This document shows, in pieces, positions 9,602 to 19,289 of a stretch of DNA of 64,000 nucleotides. Numbering within the stretch: the first letter of the stretch is position 1; the number at the start of each line of letters is the position of its first letter. Origin of the DNA: an uncultured virus (IMG/VR IMGVR_UViG_3300031992_000075) (taxonomy: Duplodnaviria > Heunggongvirae > Uroviricota > Caudoviricetes); the IMG/VR virus record IMGVR_UViG_3300031992_000075; one strand, 5' to 3'. The position numbers were made by a program, and so were the translations under genes. The notes below the pieces were generated by a model. The model saw nothing but the letters and a program-made list of their open reading frames with translations, was not told the DNA's origin and searched no databases.

Positions 9602-9970
9602 ATGGAAAGAGAAAAGCTTTTAGAAGAGTACAAGGTGACACTTGAAAGCCTTGTGTCAAAGACGGAGTTTATTTACAGTGAAGAGTTTTACAAACTTGAC
9701 GAGTTTGAAAAACAAAAGTACAACAAGGACAAGATGACCACCGAGGCACATCTTAGCACTCTATGCGAATTGCTTTGGGGTAAAAAGATGCAGTTTGACA
9801 ATGGCCTTGGAAATATGTTTGCACTTGGCATTTTAAGTTCTTTGTTTGGCGGGGGCTGGGCAAGTCCAAGCACAGGTTCGGATTACCTAAAGAAAACACT
9901 TGAAGAAGATGAAAAGAAAAACCAAGAACAGGTGTATGCAATTCCGTTAAACGAAAATAAAGCCGAATAA
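9602..9970 (+). CDS. hypothetical protein
   Basis: 122-aa ORF, last gene before the strand convergence. Confidence 0.7.
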   Translation: MEREKLLEEYKVTLESLVSKTEFIYSEEFYKLDEFEKQKYNKDKMTTEAHLSTLCELLWGKKMQFDNGLGNMFALGILSSLFGGGWASPSTGSDYLKKTLEEDEKKNQEQVYAIPLNENKAE

Positions 9971-10020
9971 GCACATTTCTTTTGCTCGGTGGGTAACTAT
10001 CAAGGAAAGGCAAAGAAAAT

Positions 10021-10060
10021 GCCGTAGTAGTGCTTAAAACATGTTCTACGGCTTTCTTTT
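10021..10060. terminator. bidirectional terminator at convergence of + and - blocks
   Basis: GCCGTAG...CTACGGC stem followed by TTTCTTTT, A-rich on the other side. Confidence 0.55.
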
Positions 10061-10343
10061 ATTGTTTGTTGCTTGTGCTTAATAACTTTTCTTGTTCCTT
10101 GCACTTGTTATAGTAGTATTCAAGCAACTTTGTTAGTGCAAAATCATTAACCCATTTAGGGTCATCTAAGAATGTGGATATTGTTGCCGTATCACGATTT
10201 ATGTCGTATAGCATACCATCCAAAGACTGACTAGTGAAATCTTCAAGTTTTTGCTTGTGTAAACCTTGAATAGATGCAAAGACAACATACCCATTTTCCC
10301 AAGCATCAAGAATCATATTCTTTAAATCCTCTTTTGTTTTCAT
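10059..10343 (-). CDS. hypothetical protein
   Basis: ORF, likely start MKTKEDL. Confidence 0.65.
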   Translation of the reverse strand: MKTKEDLKNMILDAWENGYVVFASIQGLHKQKLEDFTSQSLDGMLYDINRDTATISTFLDDPKWVNDFALTKLLEYYYNKCKEQEKLLSTSNKQ

Positions 10344-10348
10344 AAGCG

Positions 10349-10579
10349 TTATTTTATGTCGTTTATATAAGCCCACCTTTTAACCCTAAAATCGTTTTCT
10401 CTTTTGTGTCGTGTTTTACATGACTTTGGAAAGAAATACGATGTCTTGTAAGCATCCCTCCAAAAACCTTCTTCAAAGTAAAAGCAGACTCTGTATGGGT
10501 AATGCTTGGTGTATGTTTCTACAAGCACATATTCGTATGGTTTTGGTTTTTTCCGTAAATCATGCCAAATTGTTTCCAT
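10349..10579 (-). CDS. hypothetical protein (DUF551-like pattern)
   Basis: WHDLRKKP..VLV....V.RWAYI pattern. Confidence 0.55.
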   Translation of the reverse strand: METIWHDLRKKPKPYEYVLVETYTKHYPYRVCFYFEEGFWRDAYKTSYFFPKSCKTRHKRENDFRVKRWAYINDIK

Positions 10580-10580
10580 T

Positions 10581-10799
10581 TTATGGTTTTTCTGTGGTTT
10601 TCAAGTTATTTTTAATAAACCTCAAAATAAAACGCATTTCACTTTTCAGTTCTGTGCCATCAAACACTGGGTAGTTCACTTCTTTGTTTTTGCAAAAAGC
10701 CATCATATATGTTGCGCAAATAAATCCCTCATAGGAATCTATTTTCTTTTACATAAGCGCGATTTCTTTTACTTTGTTGTCAGTAAGTTTTGTTTCCAT
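10581..10799 (-). pseudogene. small gene with in-frame TAA at codon 17
   Basis: METKLTDNKVKEIALM*KKIDSYEGF...TTEKP*; fills the gap between neighbours. Confidence 0.5.
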
Positions 10800-11133
10800 G
10801 CTTATTTTGTTTAGTAATAATTTTAGTAATATTCAATTCAACACGATTCTTGTAGCTTATCATTACAGGCTTGTCTTGGTCATCACAATCTCCGTTTAAT
10901 GCTTTTAGCATACGTTCGCATTCATTTCTGTCAGTGTAATCAACAAAGCCTCCCCATTTCCAATAGTTGTCAGCACCGCGTATTTCGTATTTCAAATCAA
11001 CGATGGTATATTGCACCGTATGTTTAGGATTGAAAGGCTTGGTGCAAATCAAATATCGTTCATCGCACGCTTGTATTGTGTATGGATAGCGTTCTTCCTC
11101 AAAATAAATCTTGTCACCTACTTCGTATTCCAT
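10780..11133 (-). CDS. hypothetical protein
   Basis: 117-aa ORF (VGDKIYF..RY.ICTKPFN..YTIVD). Confidence 0.7.
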   Translation of the reverse strand: MEYEVGDKIYFEEERYPYTIQACDERYLICTKPFNPKHTVQYTIVDLKYEIRGADNYWKWGGFVDYTDRNECERMLKALNGDCDDQDKPVMISYKNRVELNITKIITKQNKHGNKTY

Positions 11134-11277
11134 AATCTTATGCTTTACTAATATAAATAGCTATACAAAGCCACTCAAACTCAATTTCGTGTGAATGCAA
11201 GTTGATGTTTATGGATGGTATTAAGTGCCAGAAACAAACATCTAAGTCGCAATCAATCTTAAAAGTAACACGTTTCA

Positions 11278-11631
11278 TTATAATTCCTTAACCATTTCTA
11301 TTTCGTTCTCGTCTCTTGAAAGTTCCTTGAACCCAAGGCGTTCGTACCATTCACGAAACCAAATGTTCTTTGCATCAACATGCAAGCGTGCAAATGTCAT
11401 ACCATTGTCCTTGCATGACATAAGCGCGTACTTAATCATCTTTGTGCCTAATCCTTTTCTTCTTTCGGTTGATAGGACTGACAACCCATAAATACTTCCT
11501 GTCTTTGGGAAATATTTCTTGTCAAACTTGACATAAACAATTGCCGTGCCGTTGTCTTTTACTATGTCTATGCTGCGCCCCCAAAACCATGTGTTGATGC
11601 GAAAGAAAACATCATCGTATTTCAATTCCAT
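11278..11631 (-). CDS. GNAT acetyltransferase
   Basis: LSV...RRKGLGTKM acetyl-CoA motif; WYERLGF. Confidence 0.85.
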   Translation of the reverse strand: MELKYDDVFFRINTWFWGRSIDIVKDNGTAIVYVKFDKKYFPKTGSIYGLSVLSTERRKGLGTKMIKYALMSCKDNGMTFARLHVDAKNIWFREWYERLGFKELSRDENEIEMVKEL

Positions 11632-11643
11632 AAGCGTTAAAGT

Positions 11644-12267
11644 TTAAAGGTGTTCGACGTTGGGATAAAAGCGTTTTTCATCCTCGTTCCACACATATTG
11701 TTGCCCGCAATGTGGGCATATCGCGCCTATTCCCTCCGCAACTTGAAATTCACGATTGCAGCTTATGCACAAAGCATTGAACTTAGGATATATTTGGATG
11801 AAGTGTCTGGAAAATCCACCATCACCAGCTTCCAATGCTCCTTGGTCGGAGAGCGCTTTCAATAGCGAAACCACATCTTTGACAGAACTAGATTCCAAAT
11901 CATCAACTCTTGTCTTTAGCAAGTTGTTAAGAATCTTAACAGTTTCCTGTCCGCTAAACTTGAAATCTTTTAGTTTTAGTGCGTAGGACTGCACTTGCGC
12001 CCTGTAGGATTCATCCAACAAGTCTTTTAGTTGAATTATGCTTTGTTGTGCAAGCATTGTTTCAGCATCTTTCTTTTTTGTCGCAAGATACACACCTTCA
12101 TCTTCCGTTCCAATGACTTTTTTAAATTCGCTTAAATCATAAGCCATTGCGTATGCAGCTTGTGGTTCTTCATCCAGCACAACCATCAAAGTAAAGATGT
12201 AGTCTTTTTCGTCAATTGTCACACCCCTAGTGTGCATTGTCGAAACTGCTTCCAAATATCCCGTCAT
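11644..12267 (-). CDS. possible terminase small subunit with C-terminal Zn ribbon
   Basis: QAAYAMAY...AETML pattern of TerS HTH region, helical middle, CxxC-x13-CPHCG. Confidence 0.4.
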   Translation of the reverse strand: MTGYLEAVSTMHTRGVTIDEKDYIFTLMVVLDEEPQAAYAMAYDLSEFKKVIGTEDEGVYLATKKKDAETMLAQQSIIQLKDLLDESYRAQVQSYALKLKDFKFSGQETVKILNNLLKTRVDDLESSSVKDVVSLLKALSDQGALEAGDGGFSRHFIQIYPKFNALCISCNREFQVAEGIGAICPHCGQQYVWNEDEKRFYPNVEHL

Positions 12268-12312
12268 CTGTATAAAATTTTTAATCGTTATTATTTTGAA
12301 TCTACAAAATTT

Positions 12313-12714
12313 TTATTCAAAAAGTTCTGGTGTTTTACTATCTTTGACCTCGATTTCCGTAACCTCTTTGACCGTAAATTCTATGCGAGGATTGTTTTTG
12401 TCTATATACTTGTTGGCAACAATCTTGACGCAGTTTCGGTCATTCTTGATAGCCTTACAAGTCTGTAGACAATCAAGTAGCCCTTTAAGCGAATTGTCAA
12501 GGTCTGGCTGGTTTGATTGGAAATACACGTCGGCATAGAGTTCAAAGAATCCCTGTATATTGCGGTTGCGGTAGCCACATTGCAAGTAGAAACGTTTTTC
12601 AAACTCTTTCATTGTCGATGTCTTTGCCAGACTTGCATGCCCACCAATTGTGATAATCTTGTACGAATTGGACTTACTTGGCACAGACCCGTATATCACC
12701 ACTTCATGTTTCAT
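12313..12714 (-). CDS. rusA: RusA-family Holliday junction resolvase
   Basis: VPSKSN, PDLDN..K..LD.L, I.ND..V, K..D..NPRIE. Confidence 0.85.
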   Translation of the reverse strand: MKHEVVIYGSVPSKSNSYKIITIGGHASLAKTSTMKEFEKRFYLQCGYRNRNIQGFFELYADVYFQSNQPDLDNSLKGLLDCLQTCKAIKNDRNCVKIVANKYIDKNNPRIEFTVKEVTEIEVKDSKTPELFE

Positions 12715-13130
12715 TTCAGTACGTCATTAAACTTTGTTTCCTTGATACCCACCAAATCCATATCCTCCAACCCTTGTTTCATATATTGTTCAATGGCCAT
12801 GTGTGCCTCACTCATATCATGTGCATACAAAGCTACGTTGTACTTTATGTCTTTTGTTTCATCTGTGTCTGTGTCAATAAAGTGGTCAACAATCTGTGCA
12901 ACATAAATCTTGCAGGTTTCATCATTGAAAGGCTTTTCATTGACTATTTCTTTCAGCCTGCTTCGTTTGATGCTTGTCACATCTATTGCCGTTAAGCCAT
13001 CACCGTATTCATATCCCAGCTTTTCAGCATCGGCAAATGAAATAGCATGTTCGGCTATTATGCTCCACTTTTTGTTTCTATCATTTCCTTTGGAATCGAC
13101 TTCCGTAAATTGAATTGTAATCTCGTACAT
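12711..13130 (-). CDS. DUF4494-like protein
   Basis: A.SF.DAE, I..IKR, I.ETK..DV pattern of this Bacteroidota phage family. Confidence 0.65.
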   Translation of the reverse strand: MYEITIQFTEVDSKGNDRNKKWSIIAEHAISFADAEKLGYEYGDGLTAIDVTSIKRSRLKEIVNEKPFNDETCKIYVAQIVDHFIDTDTDETKDIKYNVALYAHDMSEAHMAIEQYMKQGLEDMDLVGIKETKFNDVLK

Positions 13131-13132
13131 TT

Positions 13133-13603
13133 TTATTCTCTTTTAAGTTCAACATTTGCATTTTTAGGAACTATGATTTTTATTGGTTCTTGCGCTTCAT
13201 CTTCGATAAGGTTATAGCTTTGCTTGATTATGCGCTTAACAATAACCCATCGTTTTTTCCATATTGGTTCATTGTCTATCATCATTGACATTTTGCCAAC
13301 ACAAATACCGACACATGATTCCGTGAACTTTCTCCAGCTTGATGTTCTTTTTGCAATTGAACTATAGCTTTCATTTGTCATGTAGCGATAGGCATACCAA
13401 AAGAACCATCGTGCATGTGAGTTATGTAAATGCTTTGTGTCCGCCATTAGGTCTTCCAGTGTCACATCACATACTGCGGCCACAACATCAGCCAAGTAAT
13501 CCCTTGTTTCTTTGTTATACTGCCTTAGAATGTTACACACGGTCTGTATCACATGCGTGTCAATACGTTTCAGTTCATCTTTTATTTGTTCATCAGTTTT
13601 CAT
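13133..13603 (-). CDS. DnaA domain-IV-like HTH protein
   Basis: VAAVCDVT.EDL......ARWFFWY....T..SYSSIAK. Confidence 0.55.
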   Translation of the reverse strand: MKTDEQIKDELKRIDTHVIQTVCNILRQYNKETRDYLADVVAAVCDVTLEDLMADTKHLHNSHARWFFWYAYRYMTNESYSSIAKRTSSWRKFTESCVGICVGKMSMMIDNEPIWKKRWVIVKRIIKQSYNLIEDEAQEPIKIIVPKNANVELKRE

Positions 13604-14021
13604 TTTCCCGCCTTTCATTAATACCGTTTATAATCGTCTGTTCGCTCATTGGTAGTCTATCAACATATAGATTTAACCTTTTCCTGTCTTTGTAAAAGTT
13701 ATTATCCCAGATGCCGACAATCTTGAATTTGAAACGCAAAAAGAAAAATTCGCCAACATAGGCAAAAGTGTTTTCATTGCTTTGCTTTTTTAGGTAAGCC
13801 TCAAATCGCGGCTCTCTTTCCCTTCTGTTATACTTCATCGTCTGTGAATCATATTCAAGCAAAGGTTTGCGTCTTATCCAAAGATAATAATCGGTGTCTT
13901 GTTTGAAATATTGAGCAATAATGGGCGAAAGGTTAACACCCTCGATGCTTAGTACACCAGTGTATTCACCTCCCGCCTTTCTTTCGATATAGCCATTAAT
14001 ATAATCGCTATTTCCCGTCAT
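13593..14021 (-). CDS. hypothetical protein
   Basis: 142-aa ORF overlapping neighbours. Confidence 0.75.
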   Translation of the reverse strand: MTGNSDYINGYIERKAGGEYTGVLSIEGVNLSPIIAQYFKQDTDYYLWIRRKPLLEYDSQTMKYNRREREPRFEAYLKKQSNENTFAYVGEFFFLRFKFKIVGIWDNNFYKDRKRLNLYVDRLPMSEQTIINGINERRENEN

Positions 14022-14407
14022 AACTCCTCGATTTCAATTTCATCAGTCACCCATCCTTGTGTAGCCGAAAGAATGTCATTCAGTTCTGCCTCTTTCCTTT
14101 TGTTGCCCTTGTATGCGGCCAAATCTTTGATAATGTATTGTTGTAATTCAATCAACAAATCCTCAATGGTGTATTTCTTTTCCTTGTATTCAGCCACCCA
14201 ATCTGTGTTTTCGGTGTCGGCATAAGTGCTGCCATCTTCGTCATCCATCACTGGAATGTAGTTGTTTGTAGTTATTGTTTCGTCTTTTGACAATTTAACC
14301 ACAACGTTTACATGGAAATCACGCTCTTCTGGCTCTTTTTTGTTCCAAGGTGCATCTGGTGTGTCTGCCCCTGCTGGATAATCATAGTTGTTGTACATAG
14401 CGCACAC
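14018..14407 (-). CDS. hypothetical protein
   Basis: acidic, YPAGADTPDAPWN N-terminus. Confidence 0.7.
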   Translation of the reverse strand: MCAMYNNYDYPAGADTPDAPWNKKEPEERDFHVNVVVKLSKDETITTNNYIPVMDDEDGSTYADTENTDWVAEYKEKKYTIEDLLIELQQYIIKDLAAYKGNKRKEAELNDILSATQGWVTDEIEIEEL

Positions 14408-14410
14408 AGA

Positions 14411-15574
14411 TTAATTGTTAATCAACATTGGCATAATGAGCGAGATATATTCGTATTCATTATTGGTGATGTTCTCAGTTATCAGTCCAGCACGGCTAGG
14501 GTCGGAAAGTTCCATACGAACCACGTTGGTAGAAATGTTCTGTAGCAACTGCAACAACAGACTACCTTTGAATCCAATGGCCAATGATGATGGTTCATTG
14601 TAGTCACAGGTTACGTTTTCACTTGCTGACTTGCTGAAATCGAAATCCTCTGCTGCTACCGTCATCACACCTTGATTGAACGTCAGCGAAACCAGTTCGG
14701 ATGATGCGTTACCCATCGGCAGGACACGCTTCATGGCTGACACAAAAGCACCCTTGTCAATATTGATAATCTTGTCATTGTTCTTTGGTATCACGCTATT
14801 GTAGTTCGGGTATCTCCCTTCAATAAGCCTTGCCGTCAGTTTGAATTGCTTGTTGTTCACCGTGAAACACCTATCATTGAACACCAATTTTACATCACCT
14901 GCAATAGTGTTGGCAAGCACATTCATAAGAGTGTTACATGGCTTTTTAGGCATCGTAAAGCCACATACAGGCATTGATTCATCGACATCACTTGTAATGG
15001 TTAAATCCTTGTATTTTGATAGCTTGTGGCCATCGCTGGCAACGGCAACCATGCCATCCTTGAAAAACTCAAACCTTACACCATTCATCACTGGCCTTAG
15101 TTCATCATTGGCCGTGGCATAGGCCGCACGTTCGATAGCTGTAAGAATTTTCCTTGCGTCAATAAGCTTTTCATTTCCATTATCAGCACTGATTGCTGGC
15201 ATGGGAAATTCGGCTGCATCATCATAGGGCAAGGAAAACTTTCCATAATCATACTTGCATACCACAATGTGCTTGTCATTGTCGATTTCCATCGTCACCT
15301 GCTTTCCATCCAAGTTACGCAATGCCTGTAGCAATGACTTTACATCAACACAGATGATGATGTCTTTGTCGGCCTCCGTGATGCTTGTGCGCCATTGTAG
15401 CCACGTTTCGCTATCACTTGTCATCAGTTCAACCATTGTGCCACCCATGCCATCATCTTTTGTCTCAATGCGCACATTAGCAAGAATTGGTAGCGAATTT
15501 TTTGTTAACACCACTGAACTAACCATCGCAAGTGCTGGTGTCAGTTCATTTGAATTGAATTTAATAATCTGCAT
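14411..15574 (-). CDS. dnaN: DNA polymerase III beta sliding clamp
   Basis: 387 aa; LPILANV, RPVMNGV, VASDGHKL, RLIEGRYPNY.SVIP, IGF, LIMPM C-terminus. Confidence 0.95.
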   Translation of the reverse strand: MQIIKFNSNELTPALAMVSSVVLTKNSLPILANVRIETKDDGMGGTMVELMTSDSETWLQWRTSITEADKDIIICVDVKSLLQALRNLDGKQVTMEIDNDKHIVVCKYDYGKFSLPYDDAAEFPMPAISADNGNEKLIDARKILTAIERAAYATANDELRPVMNGVRFEFFKDGMVAVASDGHKLSKYKDLTITSDVDESMPVCGFTMPKKPCNTLMNVLANTIAGDVKLVFNDRCFTVNNKQFKLTARLIEGRYPNYNSVIPKNNDKIINIDKGAFVSAMKRVLPMGNASSELVSLTFNQGVMTVAAEDFDFSKSASENVTCDYNEPSSLAIGFKGSLLLQLLQNISTNVVRMELSDPSRAGLITENITNNEYEYISLIMPMLINN

Positions 15575-15905
15575 AAGTTTCTCTTATTGTTGATTAATGA
15601 ATAAATATATATATCTTGTGTGTTGGGACTGCATGAGTCGAACATGCCTAACAAGAGCCAAAATCTTGTGTACAACCGATATACCAAGCCCCAAAAGTAA
15701 AACCTACTCCGTTTCACAACGTTTTGGTTTAACAATTCAGAAAATGAGAGTCAATACTCAAAAATGCAGTGCAAATTAATTGTACCTAAAAACTAAAAAC
15801 TACTAACTAACAACTTAATACATAACTTACTTGAAAGGGTAAAGCCTACTGCCTTTCACAAGTTTTCAGCTTTATACATTATTCATGTTTAACCAAAAAG
15901 CAATG

Positions 15906-15937
15906 CAAAGATAGTTATTTGTTTTGAATATACCAAA
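15906..15937 (-). promoter_or_regulatory. Bacteroidota promoter driving the dnaN block
   Basis: minus strand TTTG-20 bp-TATCTTTG. Confidence 0.7.
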
Positions 15938-15976
15938 TCATTATGGTTTATTTTTAAAACATTAACACAACTATAA

Positions 15977-16378
15977 CTATAACACAACATCGGGCAATCG
16001 TTTTCGATAACGCCTACGTCTTCTGTTTGGGTGTTCTGGGAACTGAACGTTCGGGAACTTTTCTTTTAACTTTGATAGACATTCCTTTTCAATGGCAATT
16101 ATTTCGTGTTCCTCACGTCTTTCCGACACATACGAACAACCCTCAATGTCGTAATCACGCGAAAGTTCAATTTTCGGCCATTTTTCTTTGTATCTAAAAT
16201 CACCATCTATATCACATGGCACTAAATATGCCGAAGTGTTATCATGCCTCTGCCGAATATACAAACACCAGACTTTTTCACCATCACGGAAATAAAATTC
16301 AATCTGTGACGGACAATAAATAATATCCTCTAAAAATTCCATCACTGGATGGTTACTTTCCAATTCTTTCTTTGTCAT
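15977..16378 (-). CDS. hypothetical protein
   Basis: 133-aa ORF. Confidence 0.7.
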   Translation of the reverse strand: MTKKELESNHPVMEFLEDIIYCPSQIEFYFRDGEKVWCLYIRQRHDNTSAYLVPCDIDGDFRYKEKWPKIELSRDYDIEGCSYVSERREEHEIIAIEKECLSKLKEKFPNVQFPEHPNRRRRRYRKRLPDVVL

Positions 16379-16390
16379 ATTGTGTATTAT

Positions 16391-16744
16391 TTAATTATTT
16401 CCCTGTTTCTTTTGCCACTTCTTTTGCAACATCATCATGCGATTTACAATACAATTCTGCATCTTTTCAAGCACGAATTTTTTTGTGTCACTCTTACGGA
16501 TAAAGAATGGATTGTATGTGTTTCGTAAAGGTGAACCATTATAACCACTTGGGGCAAAAACTAAACTCCTTTCATAGTCATCATCACCATCCGAAAGAAA
16601 AATGGCAATCCTTAATTTTTTTACTTTTATTGCCATGTTGACATTAAATGTTTTGGAATGGTAATTGTTGATAAAAGGTATCTTGTTTTCATTCAAGAAT
16701 TGCCTTAATGCTTTAAGTTTTTCTTCATTTGAAATCTTTGCCAT
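16391..16744 (-). CDS. hypothetical protein
   Basis: 117-aa basic ORF. Confidence 0.7.
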   Translation of the reverse strand: MAKISNEEKLKALRQFLNENKIPFINNYHSKTFNVNMAIKVKKLRIAIFLSDGDDDYERSLVFAPSGYNGSPLRNTYNPFFIRKSDTKKFVLEKMQNCIVNRMMMLQKKWQKKQGNN

Positions 16745-16782
16745 AGTACATAATATTAAATTGTCAATCTTTCATCAATATA

Positions 16783-17574
16783 TTACTTGTTATTTTTAGG
16801 TACAAACAAAATATTTTTGCCAGTGTAATCATAGATGTTTGGGTTGTGTTTATAAACCTTGCCATCTTTCCTAAACAAAAAGCAGGCATCGTTGCAATAC
16901 TTTCTATATTCGTCAATATTGAATGTTTCTTCGTTGTCGAAAACAATTGTATTGCTAAACTTACGTTCCAATTCACCATAGAATAGCATTTTGTTCTTGA
17001 TACCACGAACTTTAGACACACTACACTTTGCTATTTCAGCCAACCGCTTATTCGAGATAAAGAAGTTTAAACCCCATACGGATAACCTACTAACAATCCG
17101 TTTACCTTTTCGGTATTCGCTTGTTGTAGTTGGGTTCTGTGTCAATAATGCCTGTTCCCGTATGTTCTCTACCTTTTTTATGTGGTTGGCTAAGATGGCT
17201 CGACGTAGCATATCCTTAACCTTTGCAAGCGTAAGGCTGAAATACAGCCCATGCTTTCTGTTTCTTTTTCTATATGAATGTTTGAATTTGTATAGGTACT
17301 TACCATCTTGGCACAACTTATTGAATTTCATAGTGCCGTTTTCAATAACTACCATACTATGTTCTACACAATATCCAACGATACGCTTTAATCGGTCACT
17401 ACCCATGTGTGTAAGTTCCTTTAAGCGTCTTACTGTTGCGTTTTGGATTTCCGATGATGTTATACTAAGTTTCACAAACAGGCAAAAAGCAAGAGCATCA
17501 AATTCTTCTTTCGATGCCATTGCTTCTTGTATGTAGGGTATTGAAACCCTTATCGTCCTGTTCGTGTATCGCAT
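16783..17574 (-). CDS. basic protein with two HTH-like motifs (Rep/regulator-like)
   Basis: TVRRLKELTHMGSDRLKRIV and SNKRLAEIAKCSVSKVRGIK. Confidence 0.6.
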   Translation of the reverse strand: MRYTNRTIRVSIPYIQEAMASKEEFDALAFCLFVKLSITSSEIQNATVRRLKELTHMGSDRLKRIVGYCVEHSMVVIENGTMKFNKLCQDGKYLYKFKHSYRKRNRKHGLYFSLTLAKVKDMLRRAILANHIKKVENIREQALLTQNPTTTSEYRKGKRIVSRLSVWGLNFFISNKRLAEIAKCSVSKVRGIKNKMLFYGELERKFSNTIVFDNEETFNIDEYRKYCNDACFLFRKDGKVYKHNPNIYDYTGKNILFVPKNNK

Positions 17575-17739
17575 AAAGCCAATATAAAAAACTATCCCCG
17601 TCCAGTAGTGCAGTACCGAACGAGGAATCGTATAGGGATTGGCTTTATGCCGTTTTTCCTAAATAATGTCCGCTAATCCAATAACTGCACTTATTGTTTC
17701 AACGATGCAAAGATAAGCATACTTTTTTTAAGCACCAAA
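17571..17739 (-). promoter_or_regulatory. promoter plus structured 5' leader sequestering the start codon
   Basis: TATCTTTG at 17715-17708; 13-bp inverted repeat 17571-17583/17638-17650 covering the ATG; 8-bp complement 17607-17614/17684-17691. Confidence 0.65.
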
Positions 17740-17932
17740 TTATTTTGCTTTTTTTAATAAACAAATTCATGTTTTTTGCTTTTTACTCGTATTCCTCTGC
17801 CACATCATGCAATATTTGTGCTATATCTTGGTCGCCTTTGTGTGCGCCTTTTGATTCAAGCCATTTGCATAGTTCATCAGTAAATTTTATTTTAAGGGGG
17901 TGTTATGAATTAAGCGAAGAGTGAAGATTTTG

Positions 17933-18187
17933 CTACCGCTCATTGACATCACCGCAATATACAACTTTCATTTTTGGCTTTCTATGCGGCTTGTCAACAA
18001 ACTTGTAATGCACCCAGTAATCTTTGTCATCATACCAGTCTTGGTCGAATGGTACAAGACGGAACATTTCGCCTTCGAAGTCCACACCGATAAGCATACA
18101 TTCAACATCATGGTCTGGGTGCTTCGTATGCCATATCATCGTTTCGGAGTGACGATAGTGGTAGTTTGCGAATTGGTTATGTGTCAT
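17933..18187 (-). CDS. hypothetical protein
   Basis: 84-aa ORF, ATGA-coupled. Confidence 0.7.
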   Translation of the reverse strand: MTHNQFANYHYRHSETMIWHTKHPDHDVECMLIGVDFEGEMFRLVPFDQDWYDDKDYWVHYKFVDKPHRKPKMKVVYCGDVNER

Positions 18188-18591
18188 TTTGATACAATTA
18201 TTTTTATGCCTTTGTAAGTTAATAATCCTGCAATCACAATATTGGCAATACAGATGATGTAAATTGTTGTTGGTTCAAGTTCAAAGTCAAAGTAAGATTT
18301 TTCCAGCAAATTAACTCCCATATAAAGGCAAGCAAGCTTGTTAAACACGCATGTCTGGATTGCTATGCTGATTACAACCAACACAACAAGCATTTGCAGG
18401 TTATATTCAAAATAACGGCCTACAAAGAACGATATTGGTGTGCTTGGTATAACTACACCATTCCATTCAATAAAATGCCGTGTTGCCATTGAAAATAGTG
18501 TTTCCAAGTAATTAAAGCAAACTAATCCACAAATAATAAATGGCAAAACTTTTCCTATCAATATTAGGAATCGCCTAAACCTATTAATCAT
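18184..18591 (-). CDS. membrane protein
   Basis: 135 aa, 3-4 hydrophobic segments. Confidence 0.7.
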   Translation of the reverse strand: MINRFRRFLILIGKVLPFIICGLVCFNYLETLFSMATRHFIEWNGVVIPSTPISFFVGRYFEYNLQMLVVLVVISIAIQTCVFNKLACLYMGVNLLEKSYFDFELEPTTIYIICIANIVIAGLLTYKGIKIIVSK

Positions 18592-18788
18592 TATTTTCTT
18601 TTTAGCTTAACCCTAAAGACTGGTGCTACTGTTGCTGGTGGCCTACCTTGTATTTTGGGTATTGTATCTATACCACTTTTTACAACCCTTGTTGCATCAT
18701 TCTTTTCAATGATACGCGCACTTTGTTTGAACTTTATACGTCCTTTCAGCTTTTTTGTTCGCCTCTTATGCCTTTTGGGTGTTGCCAT
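18591..18788 (-). CDS. small very basic protein
   Basis: 65 aa, K/R-rich. Confidence 0.6.
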   Translation of the reverse strand: MATPKRHKRRTKKLKGRIKFKQSARIIEKNDATRVVKSGIDTIPKIQGRPPATVAPVFRVKLKRK

Positions 18789-18899
18789 TTAGAATCTGCT
18801 TTATTTGTTCAAACTTGTCTTTTGAAATAAGCGCACTACCATGTTGCTTATTATATATGTAACAAAATAGTAGCGCGCTTGGGTTATCACCTTTAATCA

Positions 18900-19289
18900 T
18901 TAATAGCGATTTTTGTAGTCATCAACAGCATCCTCTAATTCTTTTTTTAAGTCGATTAGTCTTTGTTGCTCTTCTTTGCTTAGTCGTGGGCAACCCTTGT
19001 GCCAAGAACTAAAATTGGGCATATCTAGACCATATTCATGCGCAAATAATGTGTAGTCATACCATTCAACAAGTTCTTTCCAATCCGTCAATTCGTTGTC
19101 TACCGAATATTTGATAACATCGTTGAAATCGAAAAAGAAATCAGCAACACAAGCAATAGTGCCCACATCGCCAGCTACCCAAGCATCATTGTCATACTGA
19201 AAATCATAGTTGGCACAGAATGCTTTTAGATAATCATTGCAGGCTTTTTTGTAGCTTTCTTTAAGAAGTTCTATGTGCGCCTTGTTCAT
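18900..19289 (-). CDS. hypothetical protein
   Basis: 129 aa; WV...G, WYDY, N..SW.KGCPR. Confidence 0.75.
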   Translation of the reverse strand: MNKAHIELLKESYKKACNDYLKAFCANYDFQYDNDAWVAGDVGTIACVADFFFDFNDVIKYSVDNELTDWKELVEWYDYTLFAHEYGLDMPNFSSWHKGCPRLSKEEQQRLIDLKKELEDAVDDYKNRY

